From Octopus vulgaris (Eukaryota), in the NCBI GenBank assembly GCA_951406725.2, contig OX597820.1, forward strand, positions 124,558,001-124,622,000: a DNA stretch of 64,000 nt, read 5' to 3'. Of this stretch, positions 28,495 through 42,761 are shown in pieces. The position numbers were made by a program, and so were the translations under genes. Each line of letters opens with the position of its first letter. The stretch's first letter is position 1. The notes under the pieces are model-generated. The model did not search any database, was not told the origin of the DNA, and saw only the letters and a list, made by a program, of their open reading frames with translations.

Positions 28495-29381
28495 TTTTAT
28501 ATATACGCACACACAATGTTCAGTTATTTATTTTACTAAATTAATTTACAACTTAAATATTTAAACCTGCTCGTCTAATTTTCTAAAAGAACCGTCCATG
28601 TCTAGGACAACCAAATGTCTTTCATATGCCTCCTGAAGAGGCTTTCAAATTCAAAGTCACTGATTAATTCTTTTCAATTAATTTTTTTCAGGTATTGATT
28701 TAATACGTCATCACAAAGCTTCAATATGTTAGGAATGGAGGTCAAGCAAACACCCTAGTTCATCGGTGCCGAGAGGGTAAAAACTGTAAGCTGAAATTTG
28801 AGGTTATAATTCAAGCAGACACAAATTAATAACAAACACCTGTCGAATCTATAATTGTTCAGTCAATACAAAGCCTTATCTTTAAAAAATATTCAATACA
28901 CGACATCGATAATAATTATTTTAAATGTTATAGCACATGCCCTTATACACGCTATAGCACAGCTGCTTCAAAACCCCTGAAGTTGTAAATAGATCGAAGA
29001 CATAATCAACATTAAATTAAGACAAGAGGTTTGAAAATTACTATTTGATTAGTCTTAATTATGGAAGAATATGGAAGGACATGTTTAATATAATTTTTTT
29101 CCCTACAGGCACAAAGCCCGAAACGAAGTCGATTACACCGACACCAATATTTGACTGCTATTTATTTTATCGATCCCAAAATGATGAAAGGCAAAATTCA
29201 CCTTTCCCGGAATTTGAACAGAGAATGTATAGACGGACGAAATACTGCTAAGTATTTTGTCCGGCGTGCAGTATATTCTACCAGCTCGCTTCCTAGTATA
29301 TACATATACATACATACATACATACATACATACATACATACATACATACATACACACATACATACATACATACATATACAT

Positions 29382-29415
<34 letters not shown>

Positions 29416-29416
29416 G

Positions 29417-29744
29417 AAGGCGCATGGCTCGAGCTTACGATCGTGAGGTTGTGAGCTCGAATCCCGGACCGGGCTGCGTGTTGTGTTCTCGAGCAAGGCA
29501 CTTTATTTCACGTTGCTCCAGTTCACTCAGCTGTAGAAATGAGTTGCGACGTCACTGGTGCCAAGCTGTATCGACCTTTATCTTTCCCTTGGATAACACT
29601 GGTGGCGTGGAGAGGGGAGGCTGGTATGCATGGGCGACTGCTGGTCTTCCATAAACAACCTTGCCCGGACTTGTGTCCAGGAGGGTAACTTTCTAGGTGC
29701 AATCCCATGGTCATTCATGACCGAAGGGGGTCTTTACCCCCCCT

Positions 29745-29745
<1 letters not shown>
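29417..29745 (+). mobile_element. tRNA-derived SINE family C-related subfamily
   Basis: gttcttgagcaag-cactttatttcacgttgctccagttcactcagctg core (CORE-like). Related copies at 21469-21780 and 21909-22128. Confidence 0.8.
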
Positions 29746-29776
<31 letters not shown>

Positions 29777-29888
29777 GCATCCTTTTTGTCTCGGGAAGCA
29801 ATGGAGTTGCGCATAAAATAATCTAGTCCGGCTTTTACATTTCATGTCCTAATACATCTTCTTCTGTGGCTGTGTAATCCAATCCTGA

Positions 29889-30326
29889 ACAAACACTCTG
29901 TTCAATCTCTCGCGTCTGCGTGCCAAGACCAAAATCAGAAGGGTCCTGATCAAGGAGATGCTATTTGCCGATGCTGCTGCTCTGGTATCACACACAGAAG
30001 AAGCTCTGCAAAGTCTCATCAACTGTTTGGAGCAAGCATGTAGCGACTGTGGCTTAGTCATCAGCCTCAAGAAAATCAATATAATGGGTCAGGCTACATC
30101 GGACATCCCAAACATACATATTGGAAACCACAGACTACAGGAGGTGGAGAAGTTTACCTATCTTGGCTCTACCGTCACCTACATCATATCCCTTGATGCC
30201 GAACTTAATATACGCATTGTCAAGGTAGGTGCTGTGATGGCCCAACACTCCTAACGGGCATGGGACAACAATAAGCTGACCAAGACCACAAATATGAAGA
30301 TTTAACAGGCATGTGTACTTAGCACT

Positions 30327-30330
<4 letters not shown>
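29889..30330 (+). mobile_element. RTE LINE reverse-transcriptase core fragment
   Basis: LFNLSRLRAKTKIRRVLIKEMLFADAAALVSHTEEALQSLINCL...GLVISLKK...VEKFTYLGS. Confidence 0.9.
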
Positions 30331-30391
<61 letters not shown>

Positions 30392-30644
30392 ATATAATGA
30401 TTTCAAACTTTGGTGCAAGGTTAGCAATTTTATGGTTAGGGAGAAGTCGATTACATCGACCCAAGTGATCAACTGGTACATATTTTATTGGCCCCGGAAA
30501 AATTAAAAGCAAAGTCGACGCTGGCGGAGCCTTAAGATGAACAAAATGTCGCTAATTATTTTGTCATGCTTGTTAATGATTGTGTCAGCTCGCCGCTTTG
30601 TATATATGTCATATAATAAAAGTTTTACGTTTCTAAAGTTCTGG

Positions 30645-31200
30645 AAGCAAACGGATTTGGTCCTCTTCTCTGGGCCATTAGCGAACGCCGTGACGATGAC
30701 GCGGAAAGGGTTCTTCGGCCAGATTCGCTGACGTCACCGAACACTTTGATCTGCAGCAGCGACGGCCGGTATGTACGAAAGGCACGAATGTGTTCGGCGC
30801 GGGCGTGTTATCATTACCTACCTGTAATTCCTCTGTTACGGGGCTGGTTCCAGGCCCTATCACAGAAGTTGGTTCAGGATTCCCAACCCTCTTTGGCTGA
30901 GGAAGACGCGCCCGCTGATTCTTCCATAGTAACGCGCAGCACAGACCTGCTATCAATCTGTCACTTTCAGCTACCCTTCCCTCTAAAAAGCGCTGCGTTC
31001 ACTCACCAACTGGACCGGACGCGACTACTTGACTCTGCCGAGTTCGTTCAGGCGTATCCGACTGGGTCACCGTTGCTTCTCTGTAACCCAAGCCGCTACC
31101 GTGAAATTCATGACATAATCCATCAACAGAATTTATGCATCAGCCTAGAAAAAATTAAGTTTGGGAATTTAGAATTTCTAAGGGCCCCGCCGGTAATTCC
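30645..31200. other. GC-rich non-microsatellite island, probably a transposon 5' region or ORF1 fragment
   Basis: Abrupt CpG-rich composition. Overlapping short ORFs have no recognisable domain. Confidence 0.3.
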
Positions 31201-31942
31201 TATATATTTTTTTTCATTATCTGTATCTAAGATGCTAGAATCATACATTCTTCACATCAATTTCCAGCCAAACCTCTACAAGTTCGATACTCTAATGCTG
31301 ATTACTCCGGAGACACAACACTTCTAATAAACGTCGGTTATCATGAATTCAACGAAGACAAACGAGGTTTATAAAACTTTTCGTTTGAGTAATGAATCAT
31401 TGAATGAACCACACTTGCATCTCTTTTCTTTTACCGAGAAAAATATCAGCTGCCTGTACGTAATTACACGTTTTGTTAAAAACAGCAGCAAAATAAAGGA
31501 CTGTTGTCCCAAATAAGAAAAGAAAAACAATAGGAAACAAAAAGGCGAATTGGCAGAATCAGTACAACGTGGGATAAAAATGTTTAGCGGATTCTCGTCT
31601 TTTTCTACGTTCTGAGTTCAAATTCCCCCGTTCTCGACTTGCCTTTTTATTATTTTGCGGTCGATCAAATAATTACCAGTTGAGGACTGAGGTCGATGTA
31701 ATCGATTTAACAGCGTCCCGCAAAATTTCAGGTCTTCTGCCTATAATACAAAGGATTCAGGAAAGTAAAAAAGGTCTTTCACCAAGCTTCTACTCAAAAT
31801 AAATTGGCCTTGCGTCAAACAATAAAAACGCTGCAAAACAATGATAATAGCAGTCATTATTCTTCTACTAATCACAGAGCTGCAATAGACAGGAGGGAGG
31901 GAGAACAGATGGGGCATACACACGCACACACACACAGAGGTG

Positions 31943-31999
<57 letters not shown>

Positions 32000-32014
32000 G
32001 CGTGTGTATGTAAG

Positions 32015-32049
<35 letters not shown>

Positions 32050-32531
32050 TATATATATATATATATATATGTAATATATATATTATATATATGTATGTGT
32101 GTATGTATGTTTGTTCACACATCAATGAATGTACATGTATACGCATGTATATATGCATAATATATACCAAGAGTGCCCCAGCGTGGCCACATCAGTTGGA
32201 CAGAAACGAATGAAATAATAAACGAATACACACACACATGAATATATATGTAAAGGGGTATAGATATATGCGTGAGTGTTTGTCAGTAAATATACACCTG
32301 TATACACACAGACAAACACACACATACACACAGACAAACACATACACACACACACACTGACAAACACAGTCACGCACACATATACACACACATGCGTGTA
32401 TGATGACAAGTATGTATGCAGTGTGTATAGAACCAGGCAAATCACATATGACAACTATAACAAAGTTATACAAATCTTATACACTCACAAAAGAACACAC
32501 ATATTTATATACACGTACGTCCATTCATACT

Positions 32532-32564
<33 letters not shown>

Positions 32565-32736
32565 AAATAATATGATCGATAACAACAAAAATAATTGAAT
32601 GTGACAGCTGATTTCTTTCTTTTTCTTCTCTGCCTTCCGTCAATATCATCAATAACATCATTATCGTCATTATCGTAATCAATAAAATCCGTCTTCCCCC
32701 TTAGTCAGCTTCCTTTTCGATAGAATCATTTTGTTT

Positions 32737-32774
<38 letters not shown>

Positions 32775-32854
32775 AACCATCAGTATCATTTTCATCATCA
32801 TTATCACCATCAACATCATCGTCATCATCATCATCCTCGTAATATTCATAGTCG

Positions 32855-32890
<36 letters not shown>

Positions 32891-33929
32891 CAGTTCCAAT
32901 TACCATTCCCGTAATCACCATCGTCGTCGTCCTTGTCGTCGTCACGTTCGTTGTCATCATTAGCCGTTGTCATTATCATCATCATTATCATTATCATGAC
33001 TAGTACCATACTCATCACCAACGCAACCGTCGCTGACGCTACCACCGATAATAACACACACACACACACACACACACACCTCTATCACCCCGCTATCTAC
33101 CACCTCTGCCACCGCATCCTCCACCACCACCACTACCACCACCACCACCACCACCACCACCACCACCATCATCGCCGCCGCCGCCACTGCATCGCCGACT
33201 GTTATTGAAAACGATGTCATTTCACCGTTGTCGTCGACGCAGCCACAGCATAACCGTCCCTTATTACACTCGGTCCTTCATCTACTTCATCTCTATTTCT
33301 CCTCATCCCCTGACATTCATCCTGTAATCCTCTTCATCATCTTTGTTATTACCGTCCGACTCTTCACGGTCAGTGTTTATTATTGTAATCGTTGTCATCA
33401 TCTTTATCATCATCACCCGCGTCATCATAATCGTCCACTTACAATAGCAACAACTACAATATTATTCGCCACCTTTACTTAACGAGAAACTTCTCAAGCG
33501 ATTTGCATAAACAAATACACTTGTGCACATTCCATACAGACACACGGACACACGAGGACAACGTGCGATATAGACACATAGAGACACGCACACATACATA
33601 GCCAAGCACACACGCACAAACACACACGTATATATACGAACACTCATACAATCACATGTGAAAGCTCACACACTGACACGTAAAAGTGCAGAGAGACACG
33701 CCTTTCTGTGGATCTATTCGGTGCCGTACTCGAATCAATGAATTAAGACACAGACACACACACACACACAGACACGCACTCACACACAGATACACACATA
33801 GGTGTGCGTGTATATTCATACATACATACATACATACATTTGTACATACATCATTTCTCAACGCGTGCATGCATCTCACGTTTACAATACTAAACATACT
33901 GCATATTCCACACACAGGCACATACGCTG

Positions 33930-34217
33930 CACACGCGCACACAGACACACGCACAAACACACGCGCGCGCGCGCTCACTCCCATACGTTCACAGACGAAC
34001 AGAATCATTCGCACATTCACACAGCGCTATACCTCACCATTCTCCACAGCACTGTACACATAACAAACTCGCGCGCGCACACAGACACAAAAAGACATAC
34101 CGTGCACATCATAAACACCAAAAGCTTCCACCGGACTCATTTCAGAGCGGTCGGCGACGGTGGAAAATAAGAACAGTTAAAAGTAAAAAGCACGCATAAC
34201 AAAGCGAGCCACAGTGG
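33930..34217 (+). promoter_or_regulatory. Likely promoter / 5' UTR region of the GABBR2-like gene
   Basis: Locally CpG-rich (cgcgcgcgcgc at about 33962 and 34070) directly upstream of exon 1 in an otherwise AT-rich window. The TSS cannot be placed. Confidence 0.35.
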
Positions 34218-34541
34218 ATGGAGGGCGGTAGGTATATCTGGCAGAACAGAGCAGACCTACGAAAATCCCAGGTGAAATTCTTTAAGCTGCGCCCCATGAA
34301 GGCAAGCGTTCGTTCAATGGTTGTTATCAGACAACAGGTGTTGGCTACGATTTTGTTCTTCGTAGCTGGGGTTAGTTCGGATTTACATATAATCGGATTG
34401 TTTCCCACGACAACTGAAAGGGAAGCTGGTGCCATAGGACGTGGGGTCCGTCCAGCTGTAGAACTTGCTATAGAGAAAGTGAACTCCGATCCGGGAATCT
34501 TACCTCACTGGAACCTTACTGTAAATTGGAACGACACCAAG
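34218..34541 (+). CDS. GABBR2: Coding exon 1 of a metabotropic GABA-B receptor subunit 2-like class C GPCR (signal peptide plus start of the Venus flytrap domain). Start codon may be 34218, 34296 or 34317
   Basis: Translation ...QQVLATILFFVAGVSS-DLHIIGLFPTTTEREAGAIGRGVRPAVELAIEKVNSDPGILPHWNLTVNWNDTK matches the GABA-B R2 N-terminal signature (vertebrate IGRGVLPAVELAIE; insect GRGVMPSVKLAL...WWNDTQ). A hydrophobic signal segment precedes it. The exon ends at a phase-0 donor AAG|GTAAAT (34541/34542), just before the conserved Cys. Exon 2 was not found in the window. Confidence 0.9.
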
Positions 34542-34565
34542 GTAAATTAATGTCATAATTAAAAT

Positions 34566-34614
<49 letters not shown>

Positions 34615-34805
34615 CATAGCACGCCGGGCCAAGTATTCAGCGACTTTTCGTCGTCTTTACGTACTGAGTTCAAATTCCACCGTGGTCGACTTTGCCTTTC
34701 ATCCTTCTGGGGTTGATAAAATAAGTACCAGTTGAGTACTGGGGGTCGATGTAATCGACTTACTCCATACCCGAAGTTGATGGCCTTGTGTCAGGATTAA
34801 AAATA

Positions 34806-34873
<68 letters not shown>

Positions 34874-35498
34874 GTTGTTGTTGTTGTTGTTATTATTGTG
34901 CGTTTTATATGTAGATTTTTTCTTTACTTTTCAAATTATGTCATTTTTTTCTCTCTCCCTTTTTTATCTTCATTTTTAGAATAGGAAGATTCATTTGAAC
35001 ATTTTTCTGGGTTTAGATAGTTTAACTACTATTTTTAAAATTCTTCTGCTCTTACCTCTTATAACGGAATCGTTATTTTTAATGATTCACTCACAGTGAT
35101 GTAGTTACAGTTTTTACACTTCAGTATGAACACCTGTTATAGTCAACTTTACCCTTCATCTTTTCGAGTTTCAGAATATAAATACCTGTCAAACACGGCT
35201 ATAATCCCTCGCTCCAAATATGCGACTTTGTGCTAATGAAAAAATATTTTGTTGCTATAATTAATTTCTCGATTAGCAAAATTGTTCGAGCGTCGAAAAA
35301 TGCCTTGCAGTATTTTTTCCACCGCTGTCTATTACGAGTTCAATTCCTGCTAAAGTCTAGCTTGTCTCTCGTCCTGAATCAATAAATGAAAGTTCTAGCC
35401 AACTACTGGCTTTGATGTAATCGACCAGCCTCTACCCCTTAAATTTCCGGTCGTGAGCTAAAATTTTAACATTTTTCTTCTTCTTCTTCTTCTTCTTC

Positions 35499-35621
<123 letters not shown>

Positions 35622-35638
35622 CATTATTATTATTATTA

Positions 35639-35679
<41 letters not shown>

Positions 35680-36217
35680 TCTATAAAATAAAGTAGCAGT
35701 CAGGTAAACGTTTTCTATATTCCATAGGCTTTGTGCTTATAGTTTGAAATATTATCCTTATTTTTTGCAATAATATTTTTACGCACAACCGTAAGAATGT
35801 ATAGGACTTCGGACGAAGTTACAAATCTCATAATATTTTTACTATGAATCTTCATCATTATCATCATTAAAGAAACAAGACGGTTAAGTGGTAGTGCTGA
35901 TAGATTGTGGAAGAATAAATGCGAAGCAGTATTTACTGATCCATCCGGCGAAGGTTCGAGTTCAGTTCTGGTGGTTGTAGCTACCATTGCTAACCTATGT
36001 TAACTTAGTGCGATTCAGACAAATGGATGCGTTCCCTTCAATTATGTAGTTGTGGATTAAAAGTATCGATTAAAGATAGCCTGAGTAAAGATCCGAGAAA
36101 ATCCTTTAATTAATTAATAATTAGTTACCTAATTCTCTGCTATTGGAAAGTGATAAAGTCACTTTGTCCATAACGCATTTGAACGAAAATACAACACTAG
36201 TCCTATATTCCTAACAG

Positions 36218-36286
<69 letters not shown>

Positions 36287-36304
36287 TCATCCATCCATCT
36301 CTCC

Positions 36305-36358
<54 letters not shown>

Positions 36359-36651
36359 TTGTCTCTGTTTCGGTCTATATACCAACTTATCTTTTGATGT
36401 TTATATCTAAATCTATACATCTATATACATATATGAATATACTTGTATGCACACTTATGTAAATACGTGTGTGTGTGTGTGTGCCTGTGCGTGTATGCGT
36501 ATGGCATACACGTGTATATTTCATATATTTGTCTATATAGGCATTTATACACACACACACGCATATTCATAAATAGATACATCTATATATCAACATACAA
36601 CATGTATATCTTTATAAATGTGTACACATACACACACATATAAACATGCAT

Positions 36652-36695
<44 letters not shown>

Positions 36696-36813
36696 CCCTA
36701 TATCCACGTATTCATCTATAAATACATGTATGTAGTATATGTGTATAAATAATATACGTATGTGTGTATATATATATATATACATAAATATATACGTTTA
36801 TATATATATGCAT

Positions 36814-36854
<41 letters not shown>

Positions 36855-36981
36855 CATACAAACAACTGAATATTATATATATATATGCATTTATATATAT
36901 ACATATATATATTTACATTTATATATATATATATATAAATGTTAATGGATATTATATATACGTGTATACATCTATATATAT

Positions 36982-37012
<31 letters not shown>

Positions 37013-37457
37013 CATACATACATATATATATATATATACATGTAGATGTAAGTAGGCATATGTATACATACCTGCATACACACGCATATATGCACAGATG
37101 CCCACATACATACATACACACACAATCACGCCAACACACACACACATACACACATACATATTGATTTTCACAATCATATCTTCTGTTCTCAGAGTGTTAC
37201 GTCTTTTTCTTTTTATTTATTTTTATATTACTTGTTTTGCAATAATTTTGCTGTTTTTTTTCCACTTATTCCTTGTAATTCTTGTTGCTTTTGTCATATC
37301 TGTTTCTTTGTATAATGAACGATGTTATTGATATTATTTATATTGTATTTATCATCATTATCATCATCACCATCATCATCATTATATCCTCCCCTCCCTC
37401 CTCCACCTCCTCTTCCGCCTCCTCCACTTCCTTCTTGCCGTCGTCGTCTTCGTCGCT

Positions 37458-37610
<153 letters not shown>

Positions 37611-37648
37611 TACACTATTTATATATTTATTTATCTTTTACTAGCCTT

Positions 37649-38040
37649 AAGGTGGCGATCTGGCAGTGACGTTAGCACACCGGGCGAAAGGCGTAGCCGC
37701 ATTTCGTCTGCCGTTACGCTGTGAGTTCAAATTCCGCTGATGTCGACTTTGTCTTTCATCCTTTCGGGATCGATAAATTAAGTACCAGTTACGCACTGGG
37801 GTCGATGTAATCGACTTAATCCGCTTGTCTGTCCTTGTTTGTCCTCTCAGTGTTTAACCCCTTGTGGGTAGTAAAGGAAGAGGTAATTCGTCTCTCTTTA
37901 AGTTTTGATTTCAAATTCCGCCGATGTCGACTTTGCCTTTCATCCTTTCGTGGTCGATAAATTAAGTACCAGTTTCGTACTGAGGTCGATCGAATCGACA
38001 AGTTCCCTCCCACAAAATTTTGGGGCCTTGTGCCTATAAT
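37649..38040 (+). mobile_element. Composite SINE A (tailed copy followed by a headless related copy)
   Basis: Two Nin-like central domains (37742 and 37927) joined at ...agtaaaggaag-aggtaattcgtc. Confidence 0.8.
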
Positions 38041-38921
38041 ATAAAATATTATCCATTACCTTTTCGAGATATTTGTGTTCGTAATGTCTTCCCCGTATTG
38101 CCCTTATTAGTAGACGAAGGTGTATTTTCATTTTTTTTTTTTACCAGTGGCTCTATAAAGTAGAAACATCAACATTTGTAACTGCAATATGTTTTTCGTC
38201 AACATTTTCATCATCGTAATCATCATTTCTTCATCCTTCTTTTAGTAACCATCAAGTATCTTATCACCCAATAACAGCAATCCTACTCCTTATCTTGTAA
38301 TGCAATACATTTAATACATAACAAGGCGGCGAGCTGGCGGAATTGCTAGCATGCCGGGCAAAATGTTTAGTGGCAATTTATTCGGTCATAGTTCAAATGC
38401 CGACGGGATCGACTTTGTCTTTCATCATTTCTAGGTAAAAGAAAAAAAATGTACCGGGTAATTGCCACTGGGGTCAATGTAATCAACGTACCCCTCTTTA
38501 GAAATCAGTGGCTTTGTACTCGTTAAAAGAAGTACCTGTTAAGGAATGGGGTCGATTAATCGATTCACCCACTCTTACAATATAATTAAGGTAAAAATTA
38601 ATTACATCAGTAAAAGAACATAGTTCAATCCCTGAAGGTGTCCATTATTTTGGATTTGTTAAAAAAAAAACAATCCCCGGTGGATGCGAATCATATCGAT
38701 TACAACTTTTTCCGTTCAAGGTGGGTGATTGGCAGAATCGGTTGAGCTGGGCAAAACGTTTTTAGTTATTTGTTATGGTTCTTTACATCTTGGTTTCAAA
38801 TCACGTAGAAATTAACTTTGATGCAAACTTATAGGAGCCGCCAATAACTGGAGGCGACGTAGTCAGCTGTTCTTCTATATAAGAAATGGCCTGTTTCCTA
38901 TATTTACAATTAGTTTCAAAA

Positions 38922-39380
38922 TTGGCGGCGAGCAGGCAGAACTGTTGGCACACCAGGCAAAAGGCTTAGTGGTATTACGTTCAATGTGCGGCGAGCTGGC
39001 AGAAACGTTAGCACACCGGGCGAAATGCTTAGCGGTATTTCGACTGCGTTACGTTGTGAGTTCAAATTCCGCCGTGGTCGACTTTGCCTTTCATCCTTTC
39101 GGGGTCGATAAATAAAGTACCAGTTACGCACTGGGATCGATGTAATCGACTTAATACCTATGTCTGTCCTTGTTTGTCTCCTCTGTGTTTAGCCCCTTGA
39201 GGGTAATAAAGAAATAGGTATTCCGTTCAACTTTACGATCTACGTTCAAATCCGGTCGAAGTAGACTTTGCTTTAAATTATCTTGGGGTTGATAAAATAA
39301 GCATCATTCAAATACTAAATTGATGTAATCAACTAGTTCTCACCTCTGAAATTTCAGTCTTTGCGCTTATTGTAGAAAGA
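38922..39380 (+). mobile_element. Nested SINE A: young copy (38985-39216) inside an older related SINE
   Basis: TSD ggtatt(a/c)cgttcaa at 38971-38984 and 39217-39230. The host head and body continue on both sides. Confidence 0.85.
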
Positions 39381-40879
39381 ATTATAATGCTTTCCGTATT
39401 TTTGCCTTCTGAGTTCCTGTTAAGCGAATGTTGGTCATTTTTGTTACAATATGTACTCTTAAAGTTTCAGTTGTTTGTATAATATCTGTTTAACCAAATC
39501 TATCCGTTATTATTCAACATTCGTTTTAAATTTTTGCACATGGCTAGAAATTTTTCGGGGAGCTGTAAGTCGATTAAATAGACGCTAGTGCGCGACTGGT
39601 AATTATTTTATCGACTTCGAAATGATGAAAGGCAAAGTAGACCTTGGCGGAAATTGAACATGGAACATTCAAAAGACAATCGAAATGTCGTTACGCATTT
39701 TGCCCGAATGCTGATGGTTCCGCCATCTCTCCACGTTCTACAGCAAGTACTATTATGACTTGTTTATAAACGCAGATGGTTGGCGATCTGGTAGACTCTG
39801 TAGAATGTTAGCAAAAAGAAGATAATTGCTTTGCAGTATATGTTTCGGCTATTTACATTTTGAGTTAAAATCTTGCTGAGATCAACTTTGTGTATTGTCC
39901 TTCCAGAACGATAAAATAAAGTACCAACCATTTATTAGGCCGATGTAATCGGCCTTTCCCTCTCCACAAATTTGTTTGCCCCAAAATTGAGATCATTATT
40001 ATCAATTAACGTGATTTTAATAATTATCTTACCTTTTTACCCAATGTAAACCCACTCATCTGTTTATTTAATTTTATTTTCTCTTTTGTTGTTTTTGTTG
40101 CTTTAAACGATCTAGACGCTTATAGTTAATAATTTTTTCTGTTAATCGATACCATAGAACGTAGGACTTAACTGGTATTTTTCTCTTTCCCACATGCTGA
40201 AAACAAAGTTGACATCGGTGGGTTTAAACTCAGAAGTTAAATAGTCGGGAGAAATGAACGCAAAACCCTATTTTATTGTTTTTACCATGTGTTCCCTAGG
40301 TATGAAGTGCTCACCACGTTTGTTATATCTAATAATAGAAAACATTAAGATGGCGATCTGGCACTATCGTTAGCTCGCCGGACAAAAGCGCTTAGCGACA
40401 TTTTGTCCGTATTTTACTCTCTGACTTCAAATTTCGCCGGTTATCGTGGTTGTCTTTCGTCCTTTTGGGGTCAAGGAAATAATCACCAGTTCCGCACTTG
40501 GGACGATGTAATAGACTAAGCCTCATACTCCAAAACTGCAGGCCCTGTGCTGATAATAGAAAGGGATTTTAGAAATCATTTAATACAGTTCTCTATTTAA
40601 AAGATGAGGAATTACGTACATTATTTACACTTGATGGATATTTGTCATCTTGTCTGTTGTCAACATAGCTTTTTCGGCTAACATACCGATCACCCTTCAT
40701 CTTAGCGAAGTTTCGAATCCGGGTTCTCATTCCAAAGGTATTTTCGATTTTATCATCATCATTATTATTATTATAATATTTTTCTGGACACTGTCTGGAA
40801 TCGAACTCGGAATTTTGGGGTCAGTAGCCCGCGCTCTTAACCAATACGCCATATTTTATTTATCCTTTCTTGTAGTTCT

Positions 40880-41644
40880 TTTCTACTCTAGTAACAAGGC
40901 TTGAGATTTTGGGGGAGGGGAGCTGGTCGATTAAGTCGACCCCAGTAAGAAACTGGTACTTAATTTTTCGACCTCGAAAGGGTGAAAGACAAAGTCGAGC
41001 TCGGCGGAATTTGAACTCAGATCGTAAAGACATACGAAATACTTATTTCTTTACTACCCACAAGGGGCTAAACACAGAGGGGACAAAAAGGAAAGACAAA
41101 CGGTTTAAGTGGATTATATCTGTTTCTTTATTACCCACAAGGGGCTAAACATAGCAGAGACACACAAGGATAGACAAACGAATTAAGTCGATTGCATCGA
41201 CCCCAGTGCGTAACTGTTACTTATTTAAACGATCCCGAACGGATGAAAGGCAAAGTCGACCTCGGCGGAATTTGAACTCAGAACGTAGCGACATACGATA
41301 TAGATATTTCTTTGCTACCCACAAGGAGCTAAATACGGAGAGGACAAACAAGGACAGACAAAGTCGACCTCGGCGTAATTTGAACTCAGAACGTAACGGC
41401 AGACGGAATACCTATTTCTTTACTACCGATGAGAGGCTAAACAAAGAGAAGACAAACAAGGACAGACAAACGGATTAAGTCGATTACATTGACATCAGTG
41501 CGTAATTGGTATTTATTTAATCGACCTCGAAAGGATGAAAGGCAAAGCCGACCTCGGCGGAATTCGAACTCAGAACGTAATGGCAGACGAAAAATGGCTA
41601 CGCATTTCGCCCGGCGTGCTAACGTTTCTGTCAGCTCGCCGCCT
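40880..41644 (-). mobile_element. Cluster of 4-5 nested SINE A copies
   Basis: Repeated tatttctttactacccacaagg tails (about 41045, 41120, 41305, 41412), each abutting ...cgaaatac/acggaatacc of the next copy. Confidence 0.85.
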
Positions 41645-42761
41645 ATTCTTTCCTGTCATTAAGGGCGGTTAACTGTCAGTCATTAATACACCAGACAAAA
41701 TGTTAAGAAACTTTGCTTCCGGCATTACATTCCGAGTTCAAATGCTGTCAAGGTCGATTTTGCATTAGGTCAATTAAGTCTCAGTTGAACATTTGGGGCA
41801 ACTTAATTGACTTCCTTTCCCCTCAAAATGCTGGCATTGTGCTAAAATTAGAAATAATAATTATTTTTCCTCAGTCAAGTTTGAAATTATGAATATTCTG
41901 CATAAATTTAATAAGACTTCTAAACGTCATAATTTGTGGCATAACGTCTCCCATATACTCGTTTTTCCCTATAGTCTTCATGTTTCGTTTCTCCTTTGTA
42001 ATCGGTCTGTTGCATGGATGAATGGGCGCTGGTAAATCAGTGATCAGGCAAATCATACGCATCTGGAGTCTCGCCACTAATATTTGTTTCCCAATTTAGT
42101 GCGATCATTTTCAGAAACACTAATCACCGAACGAAATATAATGCATTATTTAATTTCAGAGTTCAAATGTTACCTGTGACGACTGAACCTTTCACCCTTC
42201 TAAAAAGTTTATAGAGTAAAGAGCAGTCGATTACTGGGATCAATATAATCGATCATCGTCTCCCTTATAGTACACCGCTTTATGTTACTGTTTCTGTGTT
42301 GTGGTGATTCACGTGTAATGTCTACGCTCAAAGATGTCGCAATCTTATGCATCCTATTTTTATGTATTTCAAGGAAGACAATGACTTATGTTTCCTTCCT
42401 TTTTATTTACGGTGGTACATAGTGGTGTGTGGAAGCACATGGCCTAGTGGTTAGAGCAGCGGATTCGCTGTCGAGGGATCGCGGGTTCGAATCTCAGACC
42501 GGGCGATGTGTGTGTTTATGAGCAAAACACCTAAACTCCACGCAGCTCCGGCAGAAGGTAATGGCGAACCTCTGCTGACTATTTCTCCACAACTTTTTCT
42601 CGCTCTTTCCTCCTGCATCTTGCAGCTCAGCTGCAATGGACCGGCGTCGCGTCCAAGTGTGGAACCTATACGTCAAGGAAACCGGGAAACCGGCCCTTAT
42701 GAGCCAGTCGTGGCTCGAGAAGGAACAAACAACACAGTAGTGTGAATGTTGCTGATATGTA

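Noticed and set aside
41871-42077. Exon-like segment with AG/GT boundaries and a 68-aa minus-strand ORF
   Set aside because: No recognisable homology and a phase incompatible with GABBR2 exon 1.
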